Origin: Pseudogymnoascus verrucosus
Lineage: Eukaryota
Assembly: GCA_001662655.1 (NCBI GenBank)
Contig: KV460262.1
DNA length: 64,000 nucleotides
Reading direction: 5' to 3' (one strand)
Positions 21,400 to 35,444 of this stretch are shown here, piece by piece; position 1 is the first letter of the stretch; every line of letters starts with the position of its first letter. Both the position numbers and the translations under genes were made by a program. A model generated the notes under the pieces. The model saw nothing but the letters and a program-made list of their open reading frames with translations. It was not told the DNA's origin and did no database searches.

Positions 21400-23334
21400 A
21401 TGCGCAATTCAGTGGTCCTCTCGATTATCCTCGGCCTCGCGGCTGTTGCCCAAGCCGACAATCTCGACTCTCACGTCCGTCTAGATGTAGGGAAGATACA
21501 AAGTGTACTCCCGAGGAATGCGAACCAGAACCAAAACGAGGACGGGAACAAAAATGGGAAGGCGAGCAAACCTAAAGTCGACGCTCAAGTGTTGGCGGCC
21601 ACATCATCCATAGATACCGGCGAACCATGTGACCACCGAACAACCGTCATCGTCACCGAGACTCCAGCAGGCGCGGCCGCAGCAGTGGTGACAGGTCTCG
21701 ATTCTGGCAGTGGTCGAAATAAAACTGTCGGGGATACCAAGAACAATAACAAGAATCAAGACCAGGGTGAAAATGGGAGGGCGGTGAACAAGAACAAGGC
21801 ATCTCAGAATGATCAAGAGAAGGATCAAGGAAATGTGGTGCAAATCTTGACAGTTGACATCAGCGGAAACAACGGGAACAACAACCCACATGCTCAGGGC
21901 AATGAGAAAACTGTCACTGTCCATGCCCAGGGCGCTGAGAAAACCGTCACTGTCCATGCCCAGGGCGCTGAGAAAACCGTCACTGTCCATGCCCAGGGCG
22001 CTGAGAAAACCGTCACTGTCCATGCCCAGGCCAATGAGAAGACCGTTACTATCCATGCCCAGGCCATTGAGAAAATTGTCACTGTCCAGGCCCAGGGAAA
22101 TGAAAAAACCGTCATAGTCCATGCCCAGGGCAATGAGAAAATTGTCACTGTCACTGAGACACAGGCGATCGGTAATGGCAAGGCTAACGAGAACCAAAGC
22201 CAGGCGTACGTATACCTCGTTTTGAGCTTCTATCATAACTGACAGACGATTAGGGTACAACTCTCCTTCGTCACCGAGACTGTTTTTGGTGCCGGCAATG
22301 CGCCGACTGTCACAATTACCCCAATTGCGGAGATAGTCACACAGCACGTCACTATCACTGAAAAGGGAGGGGCAGCAGAGGCCGTCACCGTCACAATGCA
22401 AGCTCACCCCGTCACAATTACCCAACACGCAGCGGCCGCCGCTGTTCTTCCCCCGAGCACAGTCACTGTCACTGAGCCAGGTGTTTGCACGACAACCGTA
22501 AGTTATCATCTTCATTCACTATTATACATTCTAACCTTCTCATAGGATGGTCTCGCCGCAGCATCTCCAGTCGTCGTTGCTCAACCCTCCGCAGCAATAG
22601 TTGCCGCCGAAGTAGCTCCATCTCCCGTCTCGACCGGTGCCGGCAACGGCATGGGAATCATCGATGCCAACGGCAAGTGCGGCAGCTGCCACTGTCTCTG
22701 TAACGCCCAGGATTTCCCAAAGGCAAGTATACAAATCGCAGCGCCAGTCGTAAATGCCGGCGCAGTGGCGAGCCCGGTGACGACGCTACAGACGGTAGTT
22801 ACTTTCGCATCGCAGGCTGCTTCAACGGGCGCCGTAGCACAAGCTGACGCCGGAATCGCGTTCCAGCCGGGAGCCGATGCGGCGAGTACTTCTGTGGCGG
22901 CTGTGGAGGCACAACCTTCCACCGATGCTGCAGTGGCTGCAGCTCAATCGGATACTGCTCCGTCCCAGGTAGCCCAAGGAGCTGCATCGATTCTCCTCGA
23001 TACCCCGACTACTACAGACGTTGCGAGCCAGTCAACAGATACAGCAGTTGTGGACACAGCAACTCAAGACGCCGCAGCCACGACAGCGGCCCAACCTTCT
23101 ATCACAGAGAGCGCGGCGGCTGTGTTAGCAGAAAGCGCGCAGTCACCAACGGCAACGACGGATGCGAGTGCAGAGTCAACCACCTCAACAAGCACTGACT
23201 CTGCCGTCACCATCGCACCACCTGTTCCCGGTGCTCTAGCGGTCGATAATGGCGGCGGGCCACCAGGGCCCATCGACATCAACACGTATACGCTCGCGAG
23301 CGCGATAGCGCTGGGACACCTCAGGAGGAGATAG
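21400..23334 (+). CDS. Secreted repetitive Thr/Ala-rich protein of unknown function
   Basis: Signal peptide MRNSVVLSIILGLAAVAQA. Introns 22206-22253 and 22498-22545 join the ORFs in frame. Has an Asn/Gln/Lys-rich region, eight 11-aa repeats, a CGSCHCLC motif and a mucin-like tail. Confidence 0.8.
21889..22152 (+). repeat. Coding minisatellite, 8 x 33 bp (HAQG[A/N]EKTVTV)
   Basis: Tandem catgcccagggcgctgagaaaaccgtcactgtc units; the central copies are identical. Confidence 0.92.
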
Positions 23335-23560
23335 ATTTTCTTGGTGGCGTGGCGTTTTAGTGTTTGAGTGTTTGAGTATTTTCCCACTTGAGGTTCTAGC
23401 TGTAGAGTAGATTGAATTGATACCACCTTGTTTCTTTCGAGATACGTCGTGGTCCATGTAGAACTCGGTTCTTGGAAGCCCTGTGACTCGTGATGTTGGT
23501 TATAATTGTGAGAGGTGGCGTCTTGTCATATAATTCGTGCTGCCTGTATAAATTCCCTGC

Positions 23561-24532
23561 TCACGAGGTAACGCTGTCCTTTGACGGCGGTGTTGCTGAT
23601 CCAGGGGTCGCCTCCTTGCTTGCTTTCAAGACTTCAAGCTTCAACTTCTTTGCCTTCCTCTTGCTCATAGCCGGCACAGCCTCCTCCGCTTGCTCATTCT
23701 TCCTCTTCCCATTAGCTTGACCATTCGCTGCTTCCTTGCTGATTGCCTTCTCGCTCTCTGGCTTGCGCCCTCCATCCACGACATCAACCACGCCTCGAAA
23801 CCCCGTCCTCTTAATCGTCTCATTTACCACAACAGATCTCGGGTTTATCGTCTGCGCCTCCACCGCTCGTTCTCCGCTCAACCCCCACACCGCCAACAAA
23901 TTCCCCACATCAGCTGGCGCACGCACGCCCAGCACGCTTTTTGCTTCGCTGCTCACGACCAACCCCCGCCCTGACGTCGCGCGCACAATGCTCTGGACAT
24001 TCATAATAACATTCCTCCTATCGACACTCCCTCCCTGCAGCGCCTGGCTATAGCATAATTCGATCCTCACGCCGCGCTTCACAGCGGTCATCAGCGGCTT
24101 CGGGCGGAAGTGGAAGGGGAAGCGCTGCGTAAGGTCGAGGCTGATGAGCGCGGCATCGGTAAGGGTCAGGCAGGCGGCGAGAAAGGCTTTCTCGGTTGTG
24201 GGGCGCACGGCGAGGATGTCGTAGGCTTGGGCGAGGGAGGGGAGGCGGTGGTTGTGCGAAGGGTCGGAGAGGGTGATTGTGCAGCGGGTGAGGATTTTGA
24301 GGTTCGGAGGCGTGGGGAACGGGAGGGGAGAAGGGATTGGCGAGACAATCTTTGAAGGGATCGCGCCGGTAATGCTGTGGTCCAGGGCTATGACGGAGTA
24401 ATTGACTGGCGGGGCTGTCAGTGGGAGTCTTGAGGCTGGGAGGGTGATTCACATACGCTCAGAGAGAAAAGAGAGGACGCGCTGGAGGGATTGGGTATCG
24501 TTGGTCCATGGGATGCAGAGGTCGTACAACAT
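23561..24532 (-). CDS. RPP1: RNase P/MRP subunit p30 (Rpp1)
   Basis: MLYDLCIPW start, one intron, YDILAVRPTTEKAF, ISLDL, RGVRIELCYS, GRGLVVSSEA, VRAPADVGNLLAVWGL. Confidence 0.92.
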
Positions 24533-25460
24533 CTTGAAAACTGTGACGGATCCCACGGCTTATGAGCCTGCGTACTTTGCAAACAAACTTGATAAATGGA
24601 CTGGAGAACTTTGGAAACAGAGGTAAATTAATTATAGCTGCTCGGCCTCTTGTTTTTCCTAGGGCGGGCGATTAGAGAGCTTGAACACTAGTGATAAGAT
24701 TAGATTAGATCTGATATGTTGATCTATGGGGGGGGTAACAATAAGCTTTCGATCAAGTAAATAGGCACGAGATCAACAGCCTTGGTACCAAAGCATATTA
24801 AATAATATATCAGGCATATGTAGCTATAAGCATTGCACATTCTATACCAACTCCAAAACCATCTGCGGGCAAAATTCAAGGTGTTTCCAGATGCGACTAA
24901 ATGGCCCTATGTGGTCCAGGAAGAGTATTGTACTGTACGGTTGCAGATCAGGAATTCACAACTCACTTGACAATAAAGAAATATTATAATTAATCCAGAA
25001 TGTACTAGATCCGATAGAGCGAAATGCATATATTAGATTTATTTCTTTAATTTGTAGACAAAGTACAGTTGTTTAAGTTGGTGCTTGCAGTTCGAGATCC
25101 AAGGGTGAGAGCCTGAGGCTCGGATCGCGGAGCCTCCTCGCTAAAGCGTGAATCAACATCGAGGGGTTCTTCACTTCCCAGTTATAGACTTCTTTATACC
25201 TCCCGATCTATCCCCCACCTCTCTTCATCCTCCTCGCTCATACTGGGGGTTCGTTCTTCTACGACGGACACTTCATTTATCACCGCATCTCCATCTCAGC
25301 GACGCAAATACCCCTCGGCGCAGAAACCGACCCCGCACACAACCCCACACGACCCTGTCGCAAGGCTGTCCGCCGTCGACGTCAGGCCTTCCTACCTACT
25401 CCGAAGCCCATACCACTGCTCCTACCCGCTTCGCGCAGTGCGTGAGATAACGTCTGCAAG

Positions 25461-26855
<1,395 letters not shown>

Positions 26856-27459
26856 ATCCACACACTTCAAATAAGTACGGCCTCTCAAAAGCGCCTACAC
26901 CGTCGGCGCGGGCCCGACCAACTATAACCCCTATCCAAGTCGTCTCACCTAGCCCGGCTATACATATAACCCGGGCAGGTAGCAGGCGTGGAAACTGCTG
27001 ACGACTTGGCAAGTATTTTTTTCATGAAAGCATGCATAAGGCGCGTTGAACGATGTGATGAGGGGGGATATGCGATACAGGTGGGGGGGAGGGAGTGGAT
27101 AGGCGCGGGAGAGCGGGGTGTTTTGTTTGTGTTGTGTCGTTTGGAAGCATGCATACCTAACTGCTTCAGTGTGTGAGCGTTGACGACTGTTGGCGTGGGG
27201 AAGGTTGGGGGGGAAAGGTTTGTACATAGCGTCTTGAGCATATGATCATGGTAAACACCTGTTATGATGTACTCTATGTGTTTTAGTGACAAAGTTCCTC
27301 GTCTTGTGAATAGTGAGTGTACCAGACGGACACTCACGGTAGCCAAGCGAATTCCTATCCCATCTACTACACCCCCCTGAATGAATGATTGTAACGATCC
27401 ACTCTTTTGTCCAAAAGACATCTACATCCGAATTTGCCTTAACTCTTATGTGCTATGAG

Positions 27460-28111
27460 ATGATACCTACCTAGCCTGGTGGTATGTTTATACGTACTAT
27501 ATATAATGCCGAAGGAGTGAACCCCCTCCCCTCCACCTAATACTATAGCTCTTACCAACTATATCATATAAAAACCTAGGCCTTCCGTCCCTACAAGGAA
27601 GGAACGAAAATTAAAAAATATAGCTACCCACGATCGTTCCTTCCCTTATAACTATAAAGTTCCCCAAGGTAGGAAAGGCCGTTCCTTCCCTATGTAGTCG
27701 GTCGCTCTTTCCTTCTAGGGTCAGTCGTTCCTTCCCTTGTAGAACTCTAAAGCCCAAAAAATAGGAAGGAACGCTACTTCCCTCTAGAATCGGTCGCTCT
27801 TTCCTTCTGGAGTCGGTCGTTCCTTCTCTTCTAACTAGTAAGCCTAAGGTTAGGGAAGGAGCCTTTTTTTTTACCTATATATCGGGCGCTGGAAGTGGGC
27901 TTTGATGAACTTCAAAATAAGGGGGTTGCTATAATCATTCAATGGGGTGGGGGGGGGTTGTACCTACCCACGATCAAAAATTGCAGGGTCATTGATATGT
28001 TTAAACCAGGATTTGTTTGTATAATTCAAATATTTCTTCATTAAACGTAACTGTTTTATTATAGTATTAACCAGGATTGTATAATTCAATATTTGCTCAT
28101 TAAACGTAAAC
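27460..28111. repeat. Degenerate intergenic repeat island, possible transposon/MITE relic
   Basis: No ORF; TpA-rich. Multiple CGTTCCTTCC / GGAAGGAACG motifs in both orientations, a ~40-bp direct repeat at 27698/27790, CTACCCACGATC at 27624 and 27964, and a ~45-bp tandem duplication at 28004/28069. Confidence 0.55.
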
Positions 28112-28380
28112 CGTCTCCAGTCACCATTTTTCTTTCAACCACCCAATCTGCCATCTCTCTCTATCAAGAGAACCCCCTCCGCCAAGAGTCTGAACTGATG
28201 TAATGCAGCACCGCTCGCTCGCTCGCTATGCAAACTCGACTCTCTGTATTGCGTTCTGACCCCTTCTGGGCCCTTCATGTCTCCATTTTATACCACTCAT
28301 CCTTCCTCTCCATTCATGCATGGGCTATATACATCCACCACCCCCCTCACCTCCTCAATTCCTCACCAACATCTCCACAC

Positions 28381-29904
28381 TCAATGCACCTTCCCCCTCG
28401 CATCCGCCACATCACCCACATACCCCCCCCTCGCACTCGCACTCCCCCCCCTCCTCCCCGTCTCCGCCAACTTCCGTTCCCTCTCCAAATCCCTCGCCTT
28501 AACCTCCGGGATCGTTAAGCAATTAATCCCCAAATACCCACAAATGGAATTAACCACCAGCCACGCCCACCTAAAATACACCACCGCCGCGAACACAAAG
28601 TACGCGCGCAGATACAACAACTCCATATCCGCAGTGAGCGGCGAGAAGCCCATCGACGGGAGGAGGTGGAAGATCAATGCCCCGCCTACGAGAGGCCAGA
28701 GCATCACAGTCCAGTAGGGGAAGGGTTGGCGCGTGAGGTGGGCGAGGATGATTTTCGTGGTCATGCGGCCGAAGACGAAGGCCATGGTTAGGCAGAAGAG
28801 GACAAGGTGGTTTTCTGCCATTAGCGTGGAATGCGGGGAGAGAAGCCAGGTGCCGACGGCGACGGAGAAGGTGATCATTGGCGTCCACTCTAGGAAGACG
28901 GGGGCGACGGGGAGGTTGTCGCGGCGGCGCGCGCGCACGACGTTGAGGACGCAGAAGGGGATTTGGGTCCCGAAGAGGGTGAGAATGATGATTCCGACCC
29001 AGACGTCGCGGAAGGTGAGCGCGGAGAGGGAGGAGGGGAACCAGGCTGTGCCGAAGAAATCGGTGAGTGGTTGCGTCCAGATGACGGGTCCGAAGTGGCC
29101 CGCGAGCATCATTATCAAGCAGGCAATGATGAGACCCTCAGTCGGGCCGTTGATGACCCCCAGGTACAGGGTGTGAGTATGGTATGTCTCCCACGTCGAG
29201 AAGAACATAGGTATGCAAGGCACGAGAGCCGTGAACATCGCAGCTTTAGAGTTTCCTAGCCCCATTGCTGCGGTCTCGAGGAGGGAGGCGAGGGTGCAGT
29301 TTAGGGAGTCGATGCCGTGGTCGAAGAGCTCGCCGAGGGGGCTGGAGGTGCCGGTGCGGCGCGCTTGCTTGCCGTCGATGTTGTCCATGGTTGAGTAGGC
29401 CCAGAGGCCGAAGGCGAAGCTGTAGTAGATCCATGACGGATCCTGGGTTTGAACATAAGCTGTAGCTCGCGCTGGGGCATAGGGGGGAGGGGTGTTTGCG
29501 TACCTGGCCATTCATCTCGGGTTGCCATATGACTAGGAAAATCACATTGCTGATAATGCAGAAGAAGCCCAGCAGCGTCACCATGTTCGGCGCCAGCCAC
29601 AGGGGTAGGAATTCCACACATGCATTCCACTGTATCCCATTTCGTTAGTCAACCTGTATTCCCAGTATGTATATCGGAGCTCTGGAGCGCGTCGTGGACG
29701 TACGTAGTGTTTTAAGATATAATTCGAGATATAGCTCTCATCGACGCTAGAGTACTTGTACGACTTGAGGTGGACCAGCGCATCCTCACTCAGCGACTCG
29801 GCCGCAGCTGCCTCTACACTCGCCAGCATGTTAGTGAAGGTCGTCCGGTTGGAGTCTGAACGCAGCCGCAGGTGGGCTTTACTTTTGCTGCTGCTCGAAG
29901 ACAT
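28381..29904 (-). CDS. Choline/ethanolamine phosphotransferase (CPT1/EPT1 family)
   Basis: HLKSYKYSSVD, LPLWLAPNMVTLLG and the CDP-alcohol phosphotransferase motif DNIDGKQARRTGTSSPLGELFDHGIDS; multiple transmembrane helices; spliced. Confidence 0.93.
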
Positions 29905-31215
29905 CGTCGCCAGCCCGCTTTGTAGGGTCGTCTTCTTTTCGTTCCGGTCCGGCGGCCGGGTTGGGGGAGAGAGGGCGGGTTGAGAGAGAGTGAGTGGAAT
30001 TATTGGAGATTTGCGCACACCCCCCCGTTCTGCTATGGGCACGGCGCGAGCTGTGATTTTTCGTCTGTATTCTTGTCCGTGTCCGCCGAGGTGGGATTTA
30101 GGTGGGACGCTGGGCGCACAGGGGTGTGTTCGTTGTGCGTCTGTGTCTTTAGAAAATTGTAGGGTTGGCGTATGGAGAAGCAAAGAGTTTATAGAGAGCA
30201 AATAGGGGGTTATAGAAGCAGAGGCATTCTATTTTTCAAAGCAAATTATAGGTCATAGGGAAAAGCGGGAGCAAAGGATATATATAACGAGTACGACGCC
30301 AGGCCAGAGAGGTTTGGTGGGTGGTGGTGTTGTTGGTTATAACACAACAGCAACTAAATCGCACACAGCAGTTAAAATCAGTGCGCAGCTTAAATTTTTG
30401 GTGGTGTTCGCTCCCGATGGCAAGCCAGGGACGACCCTGAGATTTGATCACACCCCCGCCACTAACCACATCAGTCGTCACGAGCAGTATTTGTTGAGGT
30501 TTGGCATGTGACCAGACCACCTACTCTATTACTGGTTATGTTCGGCGGGAAAAACAATGGATCCCTTCTACGAAATAGGAAATACAATCTGGCTCCACTG
30601 AATCTATCACGGCAAGGGAAGGATGGAAGTTCTACGATTGGAACCTGAATGGTTACTGGGGAAGGATCACACGTGATGTTGAAGGATGAAGATGCCGAGA
30701 TGATGGATGGATGGACTGATGAACTAACTTGATCTTGCTGACAATTAACGCGAAGAACAACTTTTACATGATCTGATCTGGGGTCTGAACAAAAAGCTAT
30801 TTGTGCGCACGAAAAACCCAAAACACCTCGCAAAACTGAAAATCAGAAATCCAAGTAATCCAAAAAGCAAAGTATAATAACGCCCAAAAAAGCTCTCAAG
30901 AAAGATCACAATTCCACTCCACACACAACCTGCATTAACCGCCGTCGTCCGTCCCAGCAACCATTTTTCCACCTTTGCCCTCAACATTCCCCACCTCAAT
31001 AATGGCAATTACGTACTCCCCGGAACCCCCCAACTTGATCAATTCGCGGAAAGGACTGAATTATATGCAGCGCTAAAGTGAGAGAGTAATGCTCAAGCGC
31101 GACTCAAAAAAGAAGAACGAGTGATTGAGAGAGAGATGTAGTGTAGTTCGGACGAGAGGTGATGAAAAGAAGAATCCCATCGTCGTCACGTCCATTAACC
31201 CGCCAAATAAGCGCG

Positions 31216-31917
31216 TTACATGACAAATCCAAAAGCCGCGAAGATACCCGCAAACACGATAGCCAGGCCATAGCTTCTCCCGAGATCGAGAGCAGCGCGA
31301 GCAGCATTGGGCTTAGCCACAGTCGACGACCCAGTAGTGCTGCTGTCACCGAAACCGTCGTGGACGACTGGGGCGGAGCTGGTAGCTGCTGGTGCGCCGC
31401 TGGTGGTGGTGGCCGTGGCGTTGCCGCGCGAAGGGTCCTGGGCGCCGCAGGGGTGGTCCTCGGTGCAGGCGGCCTGGCAGGTGTTGACGCCGCCGCAGCC
31501 GGCGACGCACTGCTGGCCCCATTCGATGCAGATGTGGAAGGGGATGGTGAGGCTGTACTCGGTCATGTTGGGGGAGATGCCGTTGCCGCAGGTGCAGTTG
31601 TATGTGAGGGTTTCCTGGGGGGGTGTTAGATGGGGTCGGATGGTTATTAATGGGTGATGGGGGACCTACAGGGTCGCAGTCGTTCGCGGCGGTGGTCATG
31701 GAGCCACCTGGGTATTGTGTGCACAACAGCGGGCAGGTGCTAGTTTGGTCATTACACCAGACCTCTGTTGCAGTTAGTATAGGTATAGGGTGTCTAGGTG
31801 TTGGGTATGCGGACCTCTTGTTGTGAGAAGCACGCTCGATGGCGCGATATAGTACTGCTCTTGAGCAGCAACTGCCACAGCGAGGGCGGCAACGCCGAAG
31901 ACCTTGGACCAGAACAT
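31216..31917 (-). CDS. Small secreted Cys-rich, probably GPI-anchored cell-wall protein
   Basis: Signal peptide MFWSKVFGVAALAVAVAA. Two introns join WCNDQTSTCPLLC, NDCDPETLTYNCTCGNG and YSLTIPFHIC...CVAGC...CQAAC...HPCG, followed by an S/T linker and a hydrophobic C-terminus. Confidence 0.85.
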
Positions 31918-33846
31918 CTCGAGTAGTCTTTCGTGTGAAGGTGTAAAGCGTAGGTATATGTGTATAGAGGGAGGTAGTAAATCTATCGACATCAATGTTA
32001 GCTATCCATATGCCTATGACACGTCCCTTTCCACACAATATCGCGGCGAACGGACACACTCGGCGTCGTCGCGGTGGAGTCAGTGGAAGGAAGGACGTAC
32101 GATGTGGGAGGTAACTTCTGTCGATGCGGGAAAACCAAATCTCAAGAGCACGAAAACTAAAACGAAGGTATTAGAGAAGAAAGAGGCGCAATGCGAACGA
32201 ATGGGAAAGCGAGTGACTGGGAATTAGAGGTTATTGAAGGCTTATCGTGGGAAAAGAAGAAGAGGAGGGAGAAGGAGAGATGAGGGAGTGGGCGGAGAAG
32301 GGATAGAAGAAGCTCACTAAGGTAAGGTAGGAGATACAACAAGTGGGACAGGTCTTGCGGTGATTGATGCTGTACCAAGCCGCAGAGCAGCCCGAGCGTC
32401 AATAGTTATACAGGATATACAGTATAAACAGTGTATAAAGTGTACAGTAGTACGGACTGTGATACGAGTAAATATGAAGCCACCAGAGATAGATAGTCAT
32501 CCTTCGTACGTTTGCAGTTACTCAAGCACAGATACAGTGTGTAGATCCCAACTAATGATCCATATTGTTTACATCCTTACATCATCCTGGCTGCTGGAAG
32601 TAGAGATTTGTGTGTGAGATGAGTGAGATGAGTGAGTCCTCGCACCCTTGGTACATGGCACATGGCGTAAAAAAAACATATAAATAAACAGAAGTGGCGG
32701 GAAAGACGGGAATGACGAAGAGGAGACTTCGTATAAACACTCTAATCAGGACGCAGTTGGACGCAGGAGGACGGAGGCAGGAGATCTAGAGACAAAATAG
32801 TCTCATATAGTCTGGTTTGTCGGGTAGGAAATATTGAGGAGATGTGGTAGATGTGCCAATCAAGAAGTCAGGGATGTGTGGGATGTGTGAGTGGAGATGG
32901 GTAGATTTTGATAGATTTGGGTAGTTTCCGCTGTATTGCCCAATGGAGATACTGTGTTTTAACAAGCTCCGTGCAGCTGCAGACAGGGTTGGTTACTCTA
33001 TCTCCAGCAAGCCATAAAATCCTAGTTTGATTGGAGGCGGGCTTCGTATAGAAACGTGCGGGGTTGGGGTTGATAGAAGTTCTACCTGATGCATGACATA
33101 TACGGAGTAGAGTTGACTCGGATATGTGGCAAAATACGATAATAATAGATGCCGTGCCGTGAACAAGAAGACACCCAAGACGAAGACGCATAAACAACGG
33201 CGCTGAGACTATTGTGGGAAATAGGAGTCCGCTTTGTCCGGATGCTGGTGCCCCTGAGCATTGACTGAGCACTGACTTGTTGGAAAGAAAAAGAGTCGTA
33301 CTATTATCCACTACTGTCGTATTACTTGGGAGAGCATCCTTGTCAACAATAGCCCGCCAATAATAACCCCGGTCACTGGCGAGGCTGGCAGAGCCTCGTT
33401 TTCCTCGGCATTTAACACTAATACACTAAATATTACCCCTGCTACCACGCCTACCCGCTAGTCTGTGTCAGGTATGGCGTCGCAATTTTGGGGGCGTGCT
33501 TTCCCCAGATTCCTGAGTCGCCGATAGCCAACTTCCCCAACCATCCACATGTATATTCAATCTCTTCGATCTTGGTCGCTACCAAACTCCAATCGCGAGA
33601 CTTCAAGTCGATAACACGGCTTTTGCTCTGCGACGGCTGTTGTGCCCTCCGACCTCCCTCAAAGCCAGCCAATTCTCCCACTACACCCGCTGACGTGGTG
33701 GCGACAGGGGTCCAGCGCGCCATCGACTATCGAGTCTCACATTGCTATAGTCTCACCGGGCATCTGGTCAACAAAGGCCACGACACACACACACCAACAA
33801 GGCCTCTCGGAGCCATCAACCAGTGCGCCATCCCGAGCAACTGTCG

Positions 33847-34591
33847 ATGGACGTAGCAGGCGATCGCCGACTCCTCATCCACGGACTCAAAAGCGTCGAC
33901 CATGGCGACGACGACGACGACGAAAGCAGGACGTTCCCAGCCTCCGCGACGCCCCTCCCGCCTCTGACCGAGACATCCTCCCCCACCACCTCGCCCCCTT
34001 ACTGGGTCCAGTCGCATAAGCGGAGCGCGTCTCAGGTCTCGGTAGACTCGGTTTTACATGGCGGCATCACGCTGCACGATAATACCACCGGATACTCGGA
34101 CAGCAACGACGCGTGCTGGGCGAGGAGTGTCACCATTGACGAGCATGCGGTGGTCAATGGCAACAGGACCGGCATAGGCGCGTTTGTCGTGTGGAACATA
34201 ACGATAGAGACATTGAGTGTATGCGATGATGGATCCCTGATACACAGCCCCCTTTACTGATGATCTCTCCAGGGAAGCAAAATAAATTTACGAAAGCGGT
34301 ACTCGGAGTTCGACACGTTGCGGCGCAACCTCCTGATGACCTTCCCGCTCTCCGAAGCTTCCATGCCGCCCCTACCTCCCAAGGGCGTCGTCTCTAAATT
34401 CCGGCCCAAGTTCTTGGAGCAGCGAAGAATTGGCCTGCAGTATTTTTTGAAGTATGCCTCCGAAATCCCAGAACTGCCCTACCGAACCACCAACGATACA
34501 CCATGCTGACTCCGTGTTTTTTTGCAGTTGCATACTTCTTAACCCCGAGTTTTCGAGCTCGCCAGTCATGAAAGACTTTCTATTTACATAA
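33847..34591 (+). CDS. PX-domain protein, Ypt35-like
   Basis: FVVWNITIETL|SGSKINLRKRYSEFDTLRRNL...LPPLPPK...KFRPKFLEQRRIGLQYFL; two introns. Confidence 0.85.
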
Positions 34592-35444
34592 TTTGGGTTG
34601 CACATGGTGTTGGGGGTCATTGGGTACGGGCTTGCGAGACATATTCGCGGCTTTTTTGTTTTGTATATACCCGCCCGTGTGGGTGACTTGATAGCGTTAG
34701 CTCGAAGTTTTGTTTCGAGTATATGTACAGAAGCACACGACTAAATGATTAGCTGCCGTCTGAAACATAGTCTTGGATCTAGATCTAGATCTATTATCTT
34801 TTGAGGCTCTGTCGGGTGGTTCCTGCTTCAGTATGTACGTTTGCGAATATCTGACAAGTTGGGGGATTCCATTCTTGGCGCCAACTATTATAACAGTTGA
34901 AGTCCTGAGACCGATATAGATTTAAAGTGAATAAGAGGTTGGCACAGTGAAAGCCGTCTACCTCCATGATCGATCGACGTTCATCGCGATGTCAAAAGGC
35001 CGAGAACCCAAAACCCAACAGTCCGCGTCATCGCAAGGCTGGGCAGCCTTGGGTCTCGTAAAAATAGCCCACCCAACAGCCACGCAATCCCCGCAGCGCC
35101 ACCAACGCCATCGGGGATTAACACATGCATGTGGAGCGCCCATCACGAAGCAAGGCTGATGTTTGGTGGGATGATACGTAAGTCCCGTGGCTATCGTCTT
35201 TTGCTTCTACTCGGCGACTTCTTGGAGCTTGGAGGGTTTGAAAGAGTATATGTTACGGCGGTTACGATATTTGAAGCTTTGTTCATAGTTGGAATGTCAG
35301 TGAGATCGAGTATGCTTCTTTGATCGATAACGAGATATCACTTTTCTTTCATACCATACTTTTTTACTTGGCAGGGACTCAGTCACCCCACCGTCGATAG
35401 AAATTATTACGCAGGGTGGAAATACGAGTTCCCAGCACATCACC

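Noticed and set aside
25085..25140. GTTCGA motif and small hairpin resembling a tRNA T-arm
   Set aside because: No cloverleaf, acceptor stem or A box; probably CK2 promoter sequence.
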